Shown piece after piece: positions 41,307 through 50,712 of a stretch of DNA of 64,000 nucleotides. The notes under the pieces are model-generated. The model did no database searches and had not been told where the DNA came from. It worked only from the letters and a program-made list of their open reading frames with translations. Source of the DNA: an uncultured delta proteobacterium (lineage in GTDB: Bacteria; Myxococcota_A; Polyangia; Fen-1088); assembly GCA_963796685.1 (NCBI GenBank), contig CAWCMR010000013.1, positions 576,001 through 640,000 on the forward strand, read 5' to 3'. How positions within the stretch are numbered: the stretch's first letter is position 1; every line of letters starts with the position of its first letter. The position numbers and the translations under genes were made by a program.

Positions 41307-44300
41307 CTATGGCAACAGTTCGGCCCACTCCTCGCCCTGGCATCTTGTCTTGAGCCAATCGCGGAAGTCCCAGTAGTACTCGCCTGGAACGGCAAGGCCA
41401 GTGGACATGATTACACCGGGCTGAACTTTCCATCGCGGTGGCTTCCCCACTGCGCCACCGGCGTATTCGTCATAGAACCCTAGCAGATGGCCCGTCTCAT
41501 GCGCGTAGCTATTCTCGCGGGTCTTGACCCTGGTCCAGTTCGTCGCATTCGCCCGTCCGGCACCCTGGAACAAGTTCACTTCGTGGTGATGTCCTGACTC
41601 CACGAACTCCACGACAATCTTGACCGGTATCTTGCAGCAACCTCGGTTCTTGGGGCAAACACAGCCACCTCCATTCTTGCAGTGGGCTCGATGAAATAGC
41701 CACTTGCCACCCAACTTTCCTTCGATATCAGTCTTCATCGTCGCCTTCTCGGCGGGGCTCAGCGGGGGACCAATTGGTGGAAGTGGAGCGGTGCCAGTCG
41801 TTGGCTTGGCGCCTTGTCGATTCACAAGCTTGATCTTTACCCCAATTTCGAGTTCGCCCATCTTCAACAGGATATCGAATTTGCCCGTCCACGCGAAAGC
41901 CCCACTGGAGCAAGCGAAAGAATTCGTGTCACGTTCAATGTCTGGATATTTCGCGTGATCGCAATGATCCGCGAGCGTCCGATCAGGCTCGGACTTCGCC
42001 TCAGACATAGTGGCAGCCTGTGTAGAGTACTCCTCCGCTGGAGCCTCCTCAGCGGGGCCCGTCATCTGCGCGCTTCCTTCCGCGTTGTGTGACGACGATC
42101 GAGCCGAAGTATCCTGCCCCTTCCCCACTTTAGAAGACGCCCTGGCCTTCTTCCCCTTCACCCCCTCCGCCTCCTGCAACTTCGACGCGCTCTTGCCTTT
42201 GATGGTGCACACGCCGTCGGCCGCGATGGTGACAGTCTTGCTCTTCATGGCGACGGACTCTTCGCCCATGGCCACCACGCTGCTGGCGCCGGCGGCGGCG
42301 GTCACGGCGGGGCTGGCGATGGCGACGCCGCCGGGCAGGATGGCCAGCGAGCCGGCGCCGCACACGAATTTGATCCCCGTCGGCGAGTCGAACGTCGCCT
42401 TGCCGGTCTTGTCCAGGCAAACCGTGGCGCCCCCGGCTTGCAGCGTGATCGTGCCAGCCGAGTCCACGGTCACGTTGGTGCCCTTGAACGTCATGCTGGT
42501 CGCGCCCTGGTTGAGCTGGAACTTCTTGTCGGTGGTCAGCTTGTGGGCGAGCTTCACATGCTCGTCCTTGTTCTTCTCGGCGAAGAGCTCTTGATTGCCG
42601 TCCACCGTGCGACTGTGGTCGCCGCTGTAGAGCTGCGTGACCGCGCCGGTCACCGTCTTGTCGTGCGTGCCGCCGATGACCACGCTGTCGTTCGCGTCGA
42701 CGGTGAGCTGGCGCTCGTTCTTCACCAGATTGGTTTCGTCGTTGCCCACGACGAGGCCGCGGTTCACTCCCACGTGCAGGGTCTGGTCGTGCTTGACCAG
42801 GGTCGACATGTCCTTCTCGGCCTGGAAGTGCAGCACTTCCTGACCTTTCTTATCTTCGAAGCGCAGCTCGTTGAAGTTGCTGGAGGTACCCCCTTTCGTG
42901 CTGCGGCTCTTGATGCCGCTCTGGGTTTGATTGGCCGGCAAATCGTACGGCGGCATGTTGTCTTTGTTGTACAGGCTGCCCGTGATCATGGGCCGATCGG
43001 GATCCCCGTCGAGGAACGCCACGATCACTTCCTGCCCGACGCGCGGCAGGTATTGCGCCCCGAACCTGGCCCCCGACCACGGTTGCGCCACGCGTATCCA
43101 GCACGACGACTTCTCGTTGCGCTCGCCCAGCCGATCCCAATCGAACTGCACCATCACGCGCCCGTGCTTATCGGTCCAGATCTCCTCGTTCGCCGGGCCC
43201 ACCACCAGGGCCGTCTGCCGGCCCGGCATGTGCGGCTTGCGCGTGACCCGGACGGGGCGAAACTGCGTGTGGCCGTCGAGCAACTGGTAGGTCGCCTTGA
43301 ACGGCTCGTCGCTGAAGGCCACCTCCCCGGTCTCGTACTGATCGACGCTCAGGCGGTAGCTCGCGCCGACCACGAGGTACTGCTTGCCGAAATCCTCTTC
43401 GCTCCAGAACGGCTCGCCGTCGGCCCCATCCGGTCCCGGGCACAGGGACACCAGGTTGCCGAGCCCCAGCCCCATGGTGTTGCCTTCTACCTCGATGACG
43501 GTGTTGTCCACCCGCCCCACCTGCGAGCGCACCGTCGCCTCCTGCTGTGCCTCTTCGGAGTCGTAGAGCCCGCCCGGATAGTCGTAGTGCTCGGACGGGT
43601 AGCCCGTCACCAAGTCCTCCGACGTTCCGCGACCGAACCGAAGCTGTCTCGACCGCAGCGCCGTCGGGTCGTAGCCACTCAGCACCGTGTGGCGGCCGGG
43701 GTGGAGCGCCCGGCGCATCTTCATGCCCCAGAAGTGCTCTTCGGCGCCTGCGACCCGTCGCTCTTTCGCGGTGTAGAGAATCGATTCGTAGCCGTCGGCG
43801 GCCTCGTGCCCGGTGATGGCATCGGCCAGCACCAAGGTGTGCTTGCTCTCCTCGTGCTTGAAGAAATAGTAGATCCCTTCTTCTTCCAGCAAGCGCTGCA
43901 CGAAGTTCAGATCGCTCTCGCGGTACTGCACGCAGAATTCGCGCGCGCGGTAGACGTGGTCCTGGATCGACCCCGATTCGACGTCGCCGAGCCCGCGCTT
44001 GGCCAGCACCGATTTCACGATGGACAACGCGTCCTGCGCGGGATCGTTGAAGACGCGGCAGTCGAAGGTGTGGTCGAAGAGGCTCAACACCGGCCGCAGC
44101 TCGGCCGCGTAGCGCGTGTGCAGCTGCGTGGCCCCGCCTTTGTGGAACCCGGTCACGATTCCGTGAAAGAAGCGCTCCCTACCGGTGTTCAGTTGGATGC
44201 CCACCGCGAGTGGCTGGCCGAGCACGTCGTCTGGATCGAGGTTCGGCTCTTTTGACAGCAGGCCGAGCTCGAACCGATACGGCCGCCCCAGCGCCTCGTG

Positions 44301-44378
44301 CCCACGCAGGGTCTCGAGAAGCAAGACGCCCCTCGGGAAAGGCCCCGTTACCGAGGTATCGCGACCCAGCAGTGCCAT
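41307..44378 (-). CDS. vgrG: Evolved T6SS spike VgrG with C-terminal zinc metallopeptidase-like toxin domain
   Basis: CVQYRESDLNFVQRLLEEEGIYYFF, WIRVAQPWSG..PRVGQEV..GDPDRP, NELRFED; gp5-like repeats; linker; C-terminal HETGHLLGFYDEY. Confidence 0.95.
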   Translation of the reverse strand: MALLGRDTSVTGPFPRGVLLLETLRGHEALGRPYRFELGLLSKEPNLDPDDVLGQPLAVGIQLNTGRERFFHGIVTGFHKGGATQLHTRYAAELRPVLSLFDHTFDCRVFNDPAQDALSIVKSVLAKRGLGDVESGSIQDHVYRAREFCVQYRESDLNFVQRLLEEEGIYYFFKHEESKHTLVLADAITGHEAADGYESILYTAKERRVAGAEEHFWGMKMRRALHPGRHTVLSGYDPTALRSRQLRFGRGTSEDLVTGYPSEHYDYPGGLYDSEEAQQEATVRSQVGRVDNTVIEVEGNTMGLGLGNLVSLCPGPDGADGEPFWSEEDFGKQYLVVGASYRLSVDQYETGEVAFSDEPFKATYQLLDGHTQFRPVRVTRKPHMPGRQTALVVGPANEEIWTDKHGRVMVQFDWDRLGERNEKSSCWIRVAQPWSGARFGAQYLPRVGQEVIVAFLDGDPDRPMITGSLYNKDNMPPYDLPANQTQSGIKSRSTKGGTSSNFNELRFEDKKGQEVLHFQAEKDMSTLVKHDQTLHVGVNRGLVVGNDETNLVKNERQLTVDANDSVVIGGTHDKTVTGAVTQLYSGDHSRTVDGNQELFAEKNKDEHVKLAHKLTTDKKFQLNQGATSMTFKGTNVTVDSAGTITLQAGGATVCLDKTGKATFDSPTGIKFVCGAGSLAILPGGVAIASPAVTAAAGASSVVAMGEESVAMKSKTVTIAADGVCTIKGKSASKLQEAEGVKGKKARASSKVGKGQDTSARSSSHNAEGSAQMTGPAEEAPAEEYSTQAATMSEAKSEPDRTLADHCDHAKYPDIERDTNSFACSSGAFAWTGKFDILLKMGELEIGVKIKLVNRQGAKPTTGTAPLPPIGPPLSPAEKATMKTDIEGKLGGKWLFHRAHCKNGGGCVCPKNRGCCKIPVKIVVEFVESGHHHEVNLFQGAGRANATNWTRVKTRENSYAHETGHLLGFYDEYAGGAVGKPPRWKVQPGVIMSTGLAVPGEYYWDFRDWLKTRCQGEEWAELLP

Positions 44379-44490
44379 GGATATCCGTGAACTCTAGTCT
44401 TTGGCGTTGCCGCGTCAAGAGTGAGCCCCTCGGCTGGGGCGCCATCGCCTCCCATTTCTAGCGTGAGTTTACCGGACGAGGGGAGAAGGG

Positions 44491-44536
44491 ACGTCCAACT
44501 ACACAGAATTGCAGACAATTCTGTGTAGTTGGACGT
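44491..44536. terminator. Perfect 21-bp stem hairpin just downstream of the transposase stop
   Basis: ACGTCCAACTACACAGAATTG-CAGA-CAATTCTGTGTAGTTGGACGT; no U-tract, so terminator function is inferred. Confidence 0.5.
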
Positions 44537-44547
44537 ATATACTAATT

Positions 44548-46263
44548 TTAGAGGGCAACCCCGAGCTGGTCCACGAGGCTCTGGAGATCAGGTTGAATGT
44601 CCTCGAGTTGGGTGGTCGTGCGTAGTGATTTCTTGGAGGTCGTGCGGATGACGGTGGCCTTTCTGATCTGTGCGAGGCCGTCGAGCAAGGCCTCTTGGCA
44701 GTGGCGGTAGCCTGCACGCTGAGCGCGGAGATGAAGAAGTCGGGCGAGCAGATAGGCGACAACGCACATGAAGACGTGGACATGGAGTTTCTGGTCGGTC
44801 CAGTGGTACTGAGGCCGAAGCATCACGTGCATAGGATCCTTGAGATGAGCGAAGACGGCCTCGACGTGGGCCTGACCGCGGTAAGCGCGGATGATGTCCT
44901 CGGTGGACCAAGTGTCCCTATCGGTCATGAGGATGAGGTGACCGAGCACGTCGCGTGACAGAGCCTCAATCGCTTGGGCATCGACCTCGTGCTTGAGCGA
45001 GAGCTGCTTGTCTCCAGTCAGCTCCCATCGGATGACCTGTTGCAGGTGCTGGCGTCCCATTAGTCGGGTCTGGATGTCGCGCTCAATGGCCTCGCGCGAA
45101 CGTCGTTGCCTGCCCCGCGCCAACGTGTTGGCCAGATGGTCGAGCCACTTCTGCGCGGAGGCTATGTGCTGGAGGACCCCTCGCAGCTGCCCCGCACGAA
45201 ACGATTCGGAGACCACGACTACGACGGTGCGTTCAGCGCCCCAGACCTTTCGTCGGGTGCGGTAGGCCTGGACGGATTCCTTCTCGCTGAGCTTGACGGA
45301 CTCAAGGTGCGAATTCGCTTCCGTGATAAGGGGACGCTGATTCGAGACAGCAAGAGAGGCAACGTAATGAATCCTCGACGCATCCACGCGCTCCTGGTTC
45401 GCCCGCGAGACGTTGCCCTTGTCGTACACCATGGTCATGGACTGCAAATCTCGGCCAATCTCGACGAGGCGTTCCTGAATCGTCGGGATGAGGTCGGCAA
45501 ACGATCGCGCATCGTGGACTTCACCGCCATAAGTCCGGTGGAAAAGCGGCACCCCTTCATCGCGGGTGCACAAGAGTGCAACGCCAAGCTGGCGCAAGTC
45601 ATGTCGCTTCTGTTTGTTGTGGCCGCGTGCGGGGAGCTTGGGGCGGGTATTCGTGGAATCGATGAAGGTGAAAAAATTGGTGGCGTCGTAGAGGACTGTG
45701 TCGAGCTTGAGATCGAAGCGCTCCAAAGCACGGCCTACGATTTCGCGTTCTACGGATGCAAGGATCTCAACCGGCAATTGGTCCATCTGATCCCAGAAGT
45801 GCTGACTGGAAAGCAGGTCGACGTCTATCTTGGCGAGCTCGCCCAGAGTCGTCGAGCGTGCCCACTCGGCAAAAGCTCGCTTACTCGTAGCATGACAAGC
45901 CCTGCCGACACAGCCCAACTCGAAGGTCTGACCAGCGCTGAGACCATCATGGCGTTCGGGGCGGCGCCGTGGGTCAGGGACATGGCGCGAGGCATGTCGG
46001 TCTCGACGCCCGCCGGTGGCCAGGTGACGGTCGATCGTGCCGGCAACGTCGAGCTCGCGAGCCACTGCGAGAATAGCCGCGACGGCGCCATGGGAGAGGG
46101 ACTTGATGCGAAGGGAATCGGCGGCCTTGAGCCTGAGGAGCAAATCATCGGCCTTGCCGAGGTGGGCAACCACGGAGAGACGGGGCTTTCCGCCAACACG
46201 GTGGGACTCGACGATGCGCCAGTAGGTGTGGCCGCGAACGTGGACTCGCTGCAGGCTTGCCAT
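44548..46263 (-). CDS. IS1634 family DDE transposase
   Basis: N-terminal YWRIVESHRVGGKPR..HLG; YDATN (D), RGHNKQKRHDL, YDKGN (D), YRGQAHVEAVF..LK (E), LRPQYHW..HVFMCVVAY. Confidence 0.9.
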   Translation of the reverse strand: MASLQRVHVRGHTYWRIVESHRVGGKPRLSVVAHLGKADDLLLRLKAADSLRIKSLSHGAVAAILAVARELDVAGTIDRHLATGGRRDRHASRHVPDPRRRPERHDGLSAGQTFELGCVGRACHATSKRAFAEWARSTTLGELAKIDVDLLSSQHFWDQMDQLPVEILASVEREIVGRALERFDLKLDTVLYDATNFFTFIDSTNTRPKLPARGHNKQKRHDLRQLGVALLCTRDEGVPLFHRTYGGEVHDARSFADLIPTIQERLVEIGRDLQSMTMVYDKGNVSRANQERVDASRIHYVASLAVSNQRPLITEANSHLESVKLSEKESVQAYRTRRKVWGAERTVVVVVSESFRAGQLRGVLQHIASAQKWLDHLANTLARGRQRRSREAIERDIQTRLMGRQHLQQVIRWELTGDKQLSLKHEVDAQAIEALSRDVLGHLILMTDRDTWSTEDIIRAYRGQAHVEAVFAHLKDPMHVMLRPQYHWTDQKLHVHVFMCVVAYLLARLLHLRAQRAGYRHCQEALLDGLAQIRKATVIRTTSKKSLRTTTQLEDIQPDLQSLVDQLGVAL

Positions 46264-46552
46264 TGTTAGTATATACACCAGCAAAACATATCAAGGCAAG
46301 CAAATATGCGCGACCAACCTCTCCCGCGTCACCGTCGACATGTTGTGTCTGCGGGTGGACAAACGCCGAGAAGCTGACCAACATTAGTTAGTATATACGC
46401 TGCGCGGGCGTGGACACACACCATGGTCACCGACGGAAAACAGTGGCCCTGGCGCGGTGGCTCAGAGCTCAAACCAGCGCTCGTCCGGTAAACTCACGCT
46501 AGCCAGGTGGTGGATTGCTTCGTGGTCTTCCCCGCGTCACACGCTACTATGT

Positions 46553-46581
46553 TTTTGTACCTAATTGGTACAAAATACAAT
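46553..46581 (+). promoter_or_regulatory. Palindromic operator and -10 box of the first ATPase
   Basis: TTTTGTACC-N5-GGTACAAAA (46553-46575), then TACAAT (46576-46581) 6 nt before ATG 46588. Confidence 0.5.
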
Positions 46582-46587
46582 AGTCTT

Positions 46588-47973
46588 ATGGACATGGAGA
46601 GAAGCGCGAAGGACATCCTGGCCGTTTGGGCGACCCAGAAGAACCGCAAGCCCTTGGTGCTACGGGGGGCACGGCAGACGGGCAAGACATGGCTGGTCCA
46701 GGAATTCGGCCGACGATTCCAGGGCGCGCTGGCCAGCGTGAATCTGGAGCGCGAACCTGATCTCGCAGCCTGTTTCGTGCCAAACGATCCGAAGGCGATC
46801 CTTGGGCTCCTGGAGGCGCGACTACGGCGAACCATCACGACAGGCAAGACCCTGCTGTTCCTCGACGAGATTCAGGCGGCACCGGAAATCCTCGCCAAGT
46901 TGCGCTGGTTTGCCGAGGAACTACCAAGCCAGCACGTGATTGCGGCCGGCTCGCTACTGGACTTTGCCCCGGCTGACCATGCGTTCTCGATGCCCGTGGG
47001 GCGCATCACCTACGGTCATCTGGAGCCAATGACGTTCGCCGAATTCCTCGTTGCCACTGGCGAAGATCGGCTGCTCACGGTCATCCGCGATTGCACGCCC
47101 AGCGTCGGTGTGCCAGAGGCGCTACATCCGCGCTTGCTCGAGCTGGTGCGCAACTACGTGCTGGTCGGGGGCATGCCCGCCGCGGTCGCCGACTGGGTGG
47201 AACATCGCTCCTTTGCCCGCACCGCCGAGATTCACCGCGACCTCTTACAGACCATCCGAGACGACTTTGCCAAGTACAAGCGTGGCGTGCACACAACGCG
47301 TGTGGCGAAGGTCTTCGCGGCCCTGCCTCGACTGGTGGGGCGGAAGTTCCAGCCCAGCCAGGTCGATGCCGACGAGAAGACACTCCCCATCAAGGACGCC
47401 TTCCACATGCTGGCGCTTGCCCGCGTGGTGACGCCAGTGCAACGCAGCACCGCCAATGGAATTCCGCTCGCCGCCGAAGTAGACCAGCGGTATCAAAAGG
47501 TGTGCCTGCTCGACACCGGACTCTACGCGACCCAGACCGGGATCGACGCCGCGGTCGTCGCAAGCCAGCCTGACCTGACGCTGGTCAACCAGGGCCAGCT
47601 CGCCGAGCAGTTGGTCGGGCAGGAATTGCGCGCATGTCGCCCATTCAACGAAGAGCCCGCGCTCTTCACCTGGGTCCGCCAGGCCAAGAGCAGCAATGCA
47701 GAGGTCGACTACGTGATCCAGGTCGGCACCCGGATCGTTCCTGTTGAAGTGAAGGCCGGAGCCGCGGGAACCCTGCGCAGCCTGCACATGATGGTGGCCG
47801 AGAAGAAGCTCGAAATCGCCGTACGAGTCAGCTCGGCGCCGCTACAGCGGCGGAAAGTGCGGACTTCCCTGCCCATCGGCACCCCACGATCTTTCACCCT
47901 GCTGTCGGTCCCGTTCTATCTGGTCAGCGAGATCCCGCGTCTCGTCGGAGCGATACGGGGGCCGACTACATGA
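46588..47973 (+). CDS. AAA+ ATPase (AAA_14) with DUF4143 / nuclease-like C-terminus (COG1373-like)
   Basis: GARQTGKT, FLDEIQ, GGMPA, EVDYV..VEVKAG. Confidence 0.9.
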   Translation: MDMERSAKDILAVWATQKNRKPLVLRGARQTGKTWLVQEFGRRFQGALASVNLEREPDLAACFVPNDPKAILGLLEARLRRTITTGKTLLFLDEIQAAPEILAKLRWFAEELPSQHVIAAGSLLDFAPADHAFSMPVGRITYGHLEPMTFAEFLVATGEDRLLTVIRDCTPSVGVPEALHPRLLELVRNYVLVGGMPAAVADWVEHRSFARTAEIHRDLLQTIRDDFAKYKRGVHTTRVAKVFAALPRLVGRKFQPSQVDADEKTLPIKDAFHMLALARVVTPVQRSTANGIPLAAEVDQRYQKVCLLDTGLYATQTGIDAAVVASQPDLTLVNQGQLAEQLVGQELRACRPFNEEPALFTWVRQAKSSNAEVDYVIQVGTRIVPVEVKAGAAGTLRSLHMMVAEKKLEIAVRVSSAPLQRRKVRTSLPIGTPRSFTLLSVPFYLVSEIPRLVGAIRGPTT

Positions 47974-48054
47974 GCACCCGCCGCTGCTCCGAGCGGCGGT
48001 CTACCACGCCAATGGCGCAGCGAACCATCGGCTGGGGTTCGGAGACCGATGTCT

Positions 48055-48088
48055 TTGAGAAATATTAACTTATAGTTTATATTACTCA
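48055..48088 (+). promoter_or_regulatory. Sigma70 promoter overlapped by an inverted repeat, second ATPase
   Basis: TTGAGA-N17-TATATT; IR TGAGAAATATTAACT / AGTTTATATTACTCA (13/15); ATG 8 nt after the -10 box, no RBS. Confidence 0.55.
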
Positions 48089-48091
48089 TAC

Positions 48092-49274
48092 ATGAAGAAC
48101 ATCCCAAGAGTCCTCCAAGCCGAGCTCGTGCGGGCGGCGCGTGCGTTCTCGGTCGTCCTGCTCACAGGACCGCGCCGCTCGGGCAAGACGACGCTGCTCC
48201 ACCGCGCCTTCCCGAAAGCAACCTACCGCCTGCTCGAGGATCCAGACGAGTTGTCGCGCATTCGGCGCGATCCGCGAGACTTCGTCGCCTCGCTGCCCAC
48301 CCCGGTGATCCTCGACGAGATCCAGAACGCCCCGGAGCTGCTCAGCTACCTGCGCACGATCGTCGATACCAAGCCCCAGGCCAAGGGCCGGTTTCTGCTG
48401 ACAGGCTCGCAAGAGGCGCCTCTCATGCAGGGCGTGACGGAATCCATGGCAGGCCGAGCCGCGGTCTTCCAGCTCTTGCCGTTCTCCATGGAGGAGAGCC
48501 CCAAGGTGTCCACGCTCCTGGGCGGCTTTCCCGAGGTCCTGGCCCACCCATCCCATGCCAACAACTGGTTTCGCTCGTATCTCCAGACCTATCTCGAACG
48601 CGACGTCCGGGCGGTGAGCGCCATCCGCGATCTGCTGACCTTCCGTCGCTTTCTTTCCCTGCTCGCCACGCGGCACGGACAGATCTTGAACAAGACCGAG
48701 CTGGCGGCGCCGCTCGGGCTGTCCGTGCCCGCCATCGGACAGTGGCTCGGCATCCTCGAGGTCACCGGCCAGATCCTGCTTCTGCCCCCCTACTTCGAGA
48801 ACCTGGGCAAGCGGCTCATCAAGAGCCCGAAGGTCTACTTCGTGGATCCGGGCATGGCCTGCCACCTTCTCGGCATCGACGACGCGGCCTCGCTCCGCCG
48901 CTCGGCCTTTCTGGGTCCGCTTTTCGAGGGCCTGGTGGCGAGCGAGAATCGTCAAGGCCCAGATCAACCACGGCAAGCGCCGCGAGATCTACTATTTCCG
49001 CGATCAGCAGGGCCTGGAGGTCGACTTCATCGTGCCGAGCGGGCCAGGCCGCCTGGCCTTCATCGAGGCCAAGGCATCGCAGACCCTTCGCCCTGAAATG
49101 GCAGCGCCAATGTTGCGTCTACGCGCATCCGCCACGAAGCGACAGGTGGATTGCTTCGTGGTCTGCCCCGGCGCCGGTCCAACCGGACATGCCGGCTTGG
49201 GCAACGGCGTGCGAGGAGTGGGCATCCAGGCTCTCGCCAGCCAGGTACTCGGGCTACCTCGAAAACCCATTTGA
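48092..49274 (+). CDS. AAA+ ATPase (AAA_14) with DUF4143, frameshifted at ~48947
   Basis: GPRRSGKT, LDEIQ, GGFPE, YLERDV, KSPKVYFVDPG; removing one A restores SEIVKAQ..YYFRDQQGLEVDF..IEAK. Confidence 0.88.
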
Positions 49275-49475
49275 GCTCGCCGTCCTTGGACCAATCGATT
49301 GCTGGGCCGTAGTCTTTCGCATTCGTCATGACGCCCTTCCGTTACAACCTCCTCGGCCCCTGCTGGGGCTCGCGGCCGCGCTCGCCGCATGCAAGAGCAG
49401 GCCCCTCCCCCATGCGACGCAAGCCTTGGATCCTGGCTGGGGCACCCGACAACTGATGAGGCTGCCCAGGGCTGC

Positions 49476-50651
49476 TTACTGGCACTCGACAGTGGTGTTG
49501 ATCAGATCTCCGATCTGGGCCATGGCGTTGCTGAAGTCGTCCTGGCAGATGCTCATGATCTGGCCGGCCGCCCCGAAGGCGTCCACGAATTGCTTCATGC
49601 GAAGCTCCACCACCGCCTTGCCGTTGGCAGATTGGCAGATGGGCATGGACGTAAGCACATCGGAGTACACCGCCGAGCTGGTGTCGTATCCGATGGCGTA
49701 GTCGGCGCTCGAGACATCGGTCGGCCAGCCACCGATGACCGATACGCTCACGCTCTGCGTATGGAGTTGTTTCATTTCGTCGATGAAGGTCGAAACGGGA
49801 ATCAACTTCCCGCCGCCGTCGGGAGCCGCGCTGCAATTGACGAGCGGGGTCGAGAAGACCTGGGCCGGCGGCGCCTTGCCGTTGCAAAGGTGTCCGGCCA
49901 GCGAGCACCGCAAGCTGCTGTCCTGGCTACGATCGGAAAAATCCTCGAAGAGGGTGCTGTTGGCCGGTGCGGAGCAGTCGTCCTCGTCGGTGATGTAGAC
50001 CACCGCCAAGTGGGCATCGCTGCGCAGAAAGCCGGCGTTGTCGTTCACGAACCCGGACAAGGCCATGCGTACGGACTGGAGTTGGTGCTCGAACCCGCAC
50101 CCATTCGTTCCCAGCTTGGCGAGACAGGCGAACACGTCCGCGATGTCTCCCTCGAAATTGTTCTGCGCGCCGCCGTTCTGGGAAATCAGGTACCGACCGT
50201 TGCTCGGGTCCAGGCCGCAGCCGTCGCGGACCTGCAACACACCGCGATCCCCGAGCGAGTTGCCGCAAGCACCGGCGAGGGTCGCCGCCCCAGCCCCCAT
50301 GTCCGAAGACACCACGCCCAGGTGAAGATCCGGAAAGCCGGTGGGAAGCTTCTTGAGCGCCTCGATCAGCCGTGGAAAATTGCGAGCAAGGTTGGCCTGT
50401 TCTTCCGACATGGATGGCGAGTCATCGATCATGAACAGCAGGTCGAGCTTGACAGGCGTGTCCGTGGGGACCACCCGCGGGCTCGTGCCCTCCGGACACT
50501 GGGCGGCGTTTGCTGCAACAACTTGGCCCGAATCGTTGTTGCTCTCGACCGGGCCTCCGTCGCGCGAGATACGCATGGAGGTCCTGCCCTCACACGCCCC
50601 CCAGAGAAGGACGCAAATGGTGGAAGCAACGGCTGCATTGCGCGACAACAT
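49476..50651 (-). CDS. vWA (MIDAS) domain Cys-rich lipoprotein, myxobacterial type
   Basis: Lipobox WGAC; DLLFMIDDSPSM (DxSxS); LGTNGCGFEH; ITDEDDCS. Confidence 0.85.
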   Translation of the reverse strand: MLSRNAAVASTICVLLWGACEGRTSMRISRDGGPVESNNDSGQVVAANAAQCPEGTSPRVVPTDTPVKLDLLFMIDDSPSMSEEQANLARNFPRLIEALKKLPTGFPDLHLGVVSSDMGAGAATLAGACGNSLGDRGVLQVRDGCGLDPSNGRYLISQNGGAQNNFEGDIADVFACLAKLGTNGCGFEHQLQSVRMALSGFVNDNAGFLRSDAHLAVVYITDEDDCSAPANSTLFEDFSDRSQDSSLRCSLAGHLCNGKAPPAQVFSTPLVNCSAAPDGGGKLIPVSTFIDEMKQLHTQSVSVSVIGGWPTDVSSADYAIGYDTSSAVYSDVLTSMPICQSANGKAVVELRMKQFVDAFGAAGQIMSICQDDFSNAMAQIGDLINTTVECQ

Positions 50652-50712
50652 TTGACCATGAAGATACCGCAAAATCCCCGCGAGCGTGCTATTCCATGGC
50701 TTGTCGCGTGAC

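Larger units (their letters stand above)
44462..46498 (-). mobile_element. Complete insertion sequence, IS1634 family
   Basis: Perfect 19-bp terminal IRs CGTGAGTTTACCGGACGAG (44462-44480 / 46480-46498) with CTAG on both sides (44458-44461, 46499-46502); single transposase. Confidence 0.88.

Noticed and set aside
49060-49329. Small minus-strand ORF MTNAKDYGPAIDWSKDG as a gene cut by the island's right edge
   Set aside because: It has a plausible RBS, but most of it overlaps the ATPase antisense and I cannot recognise a family; unsupported without a search.
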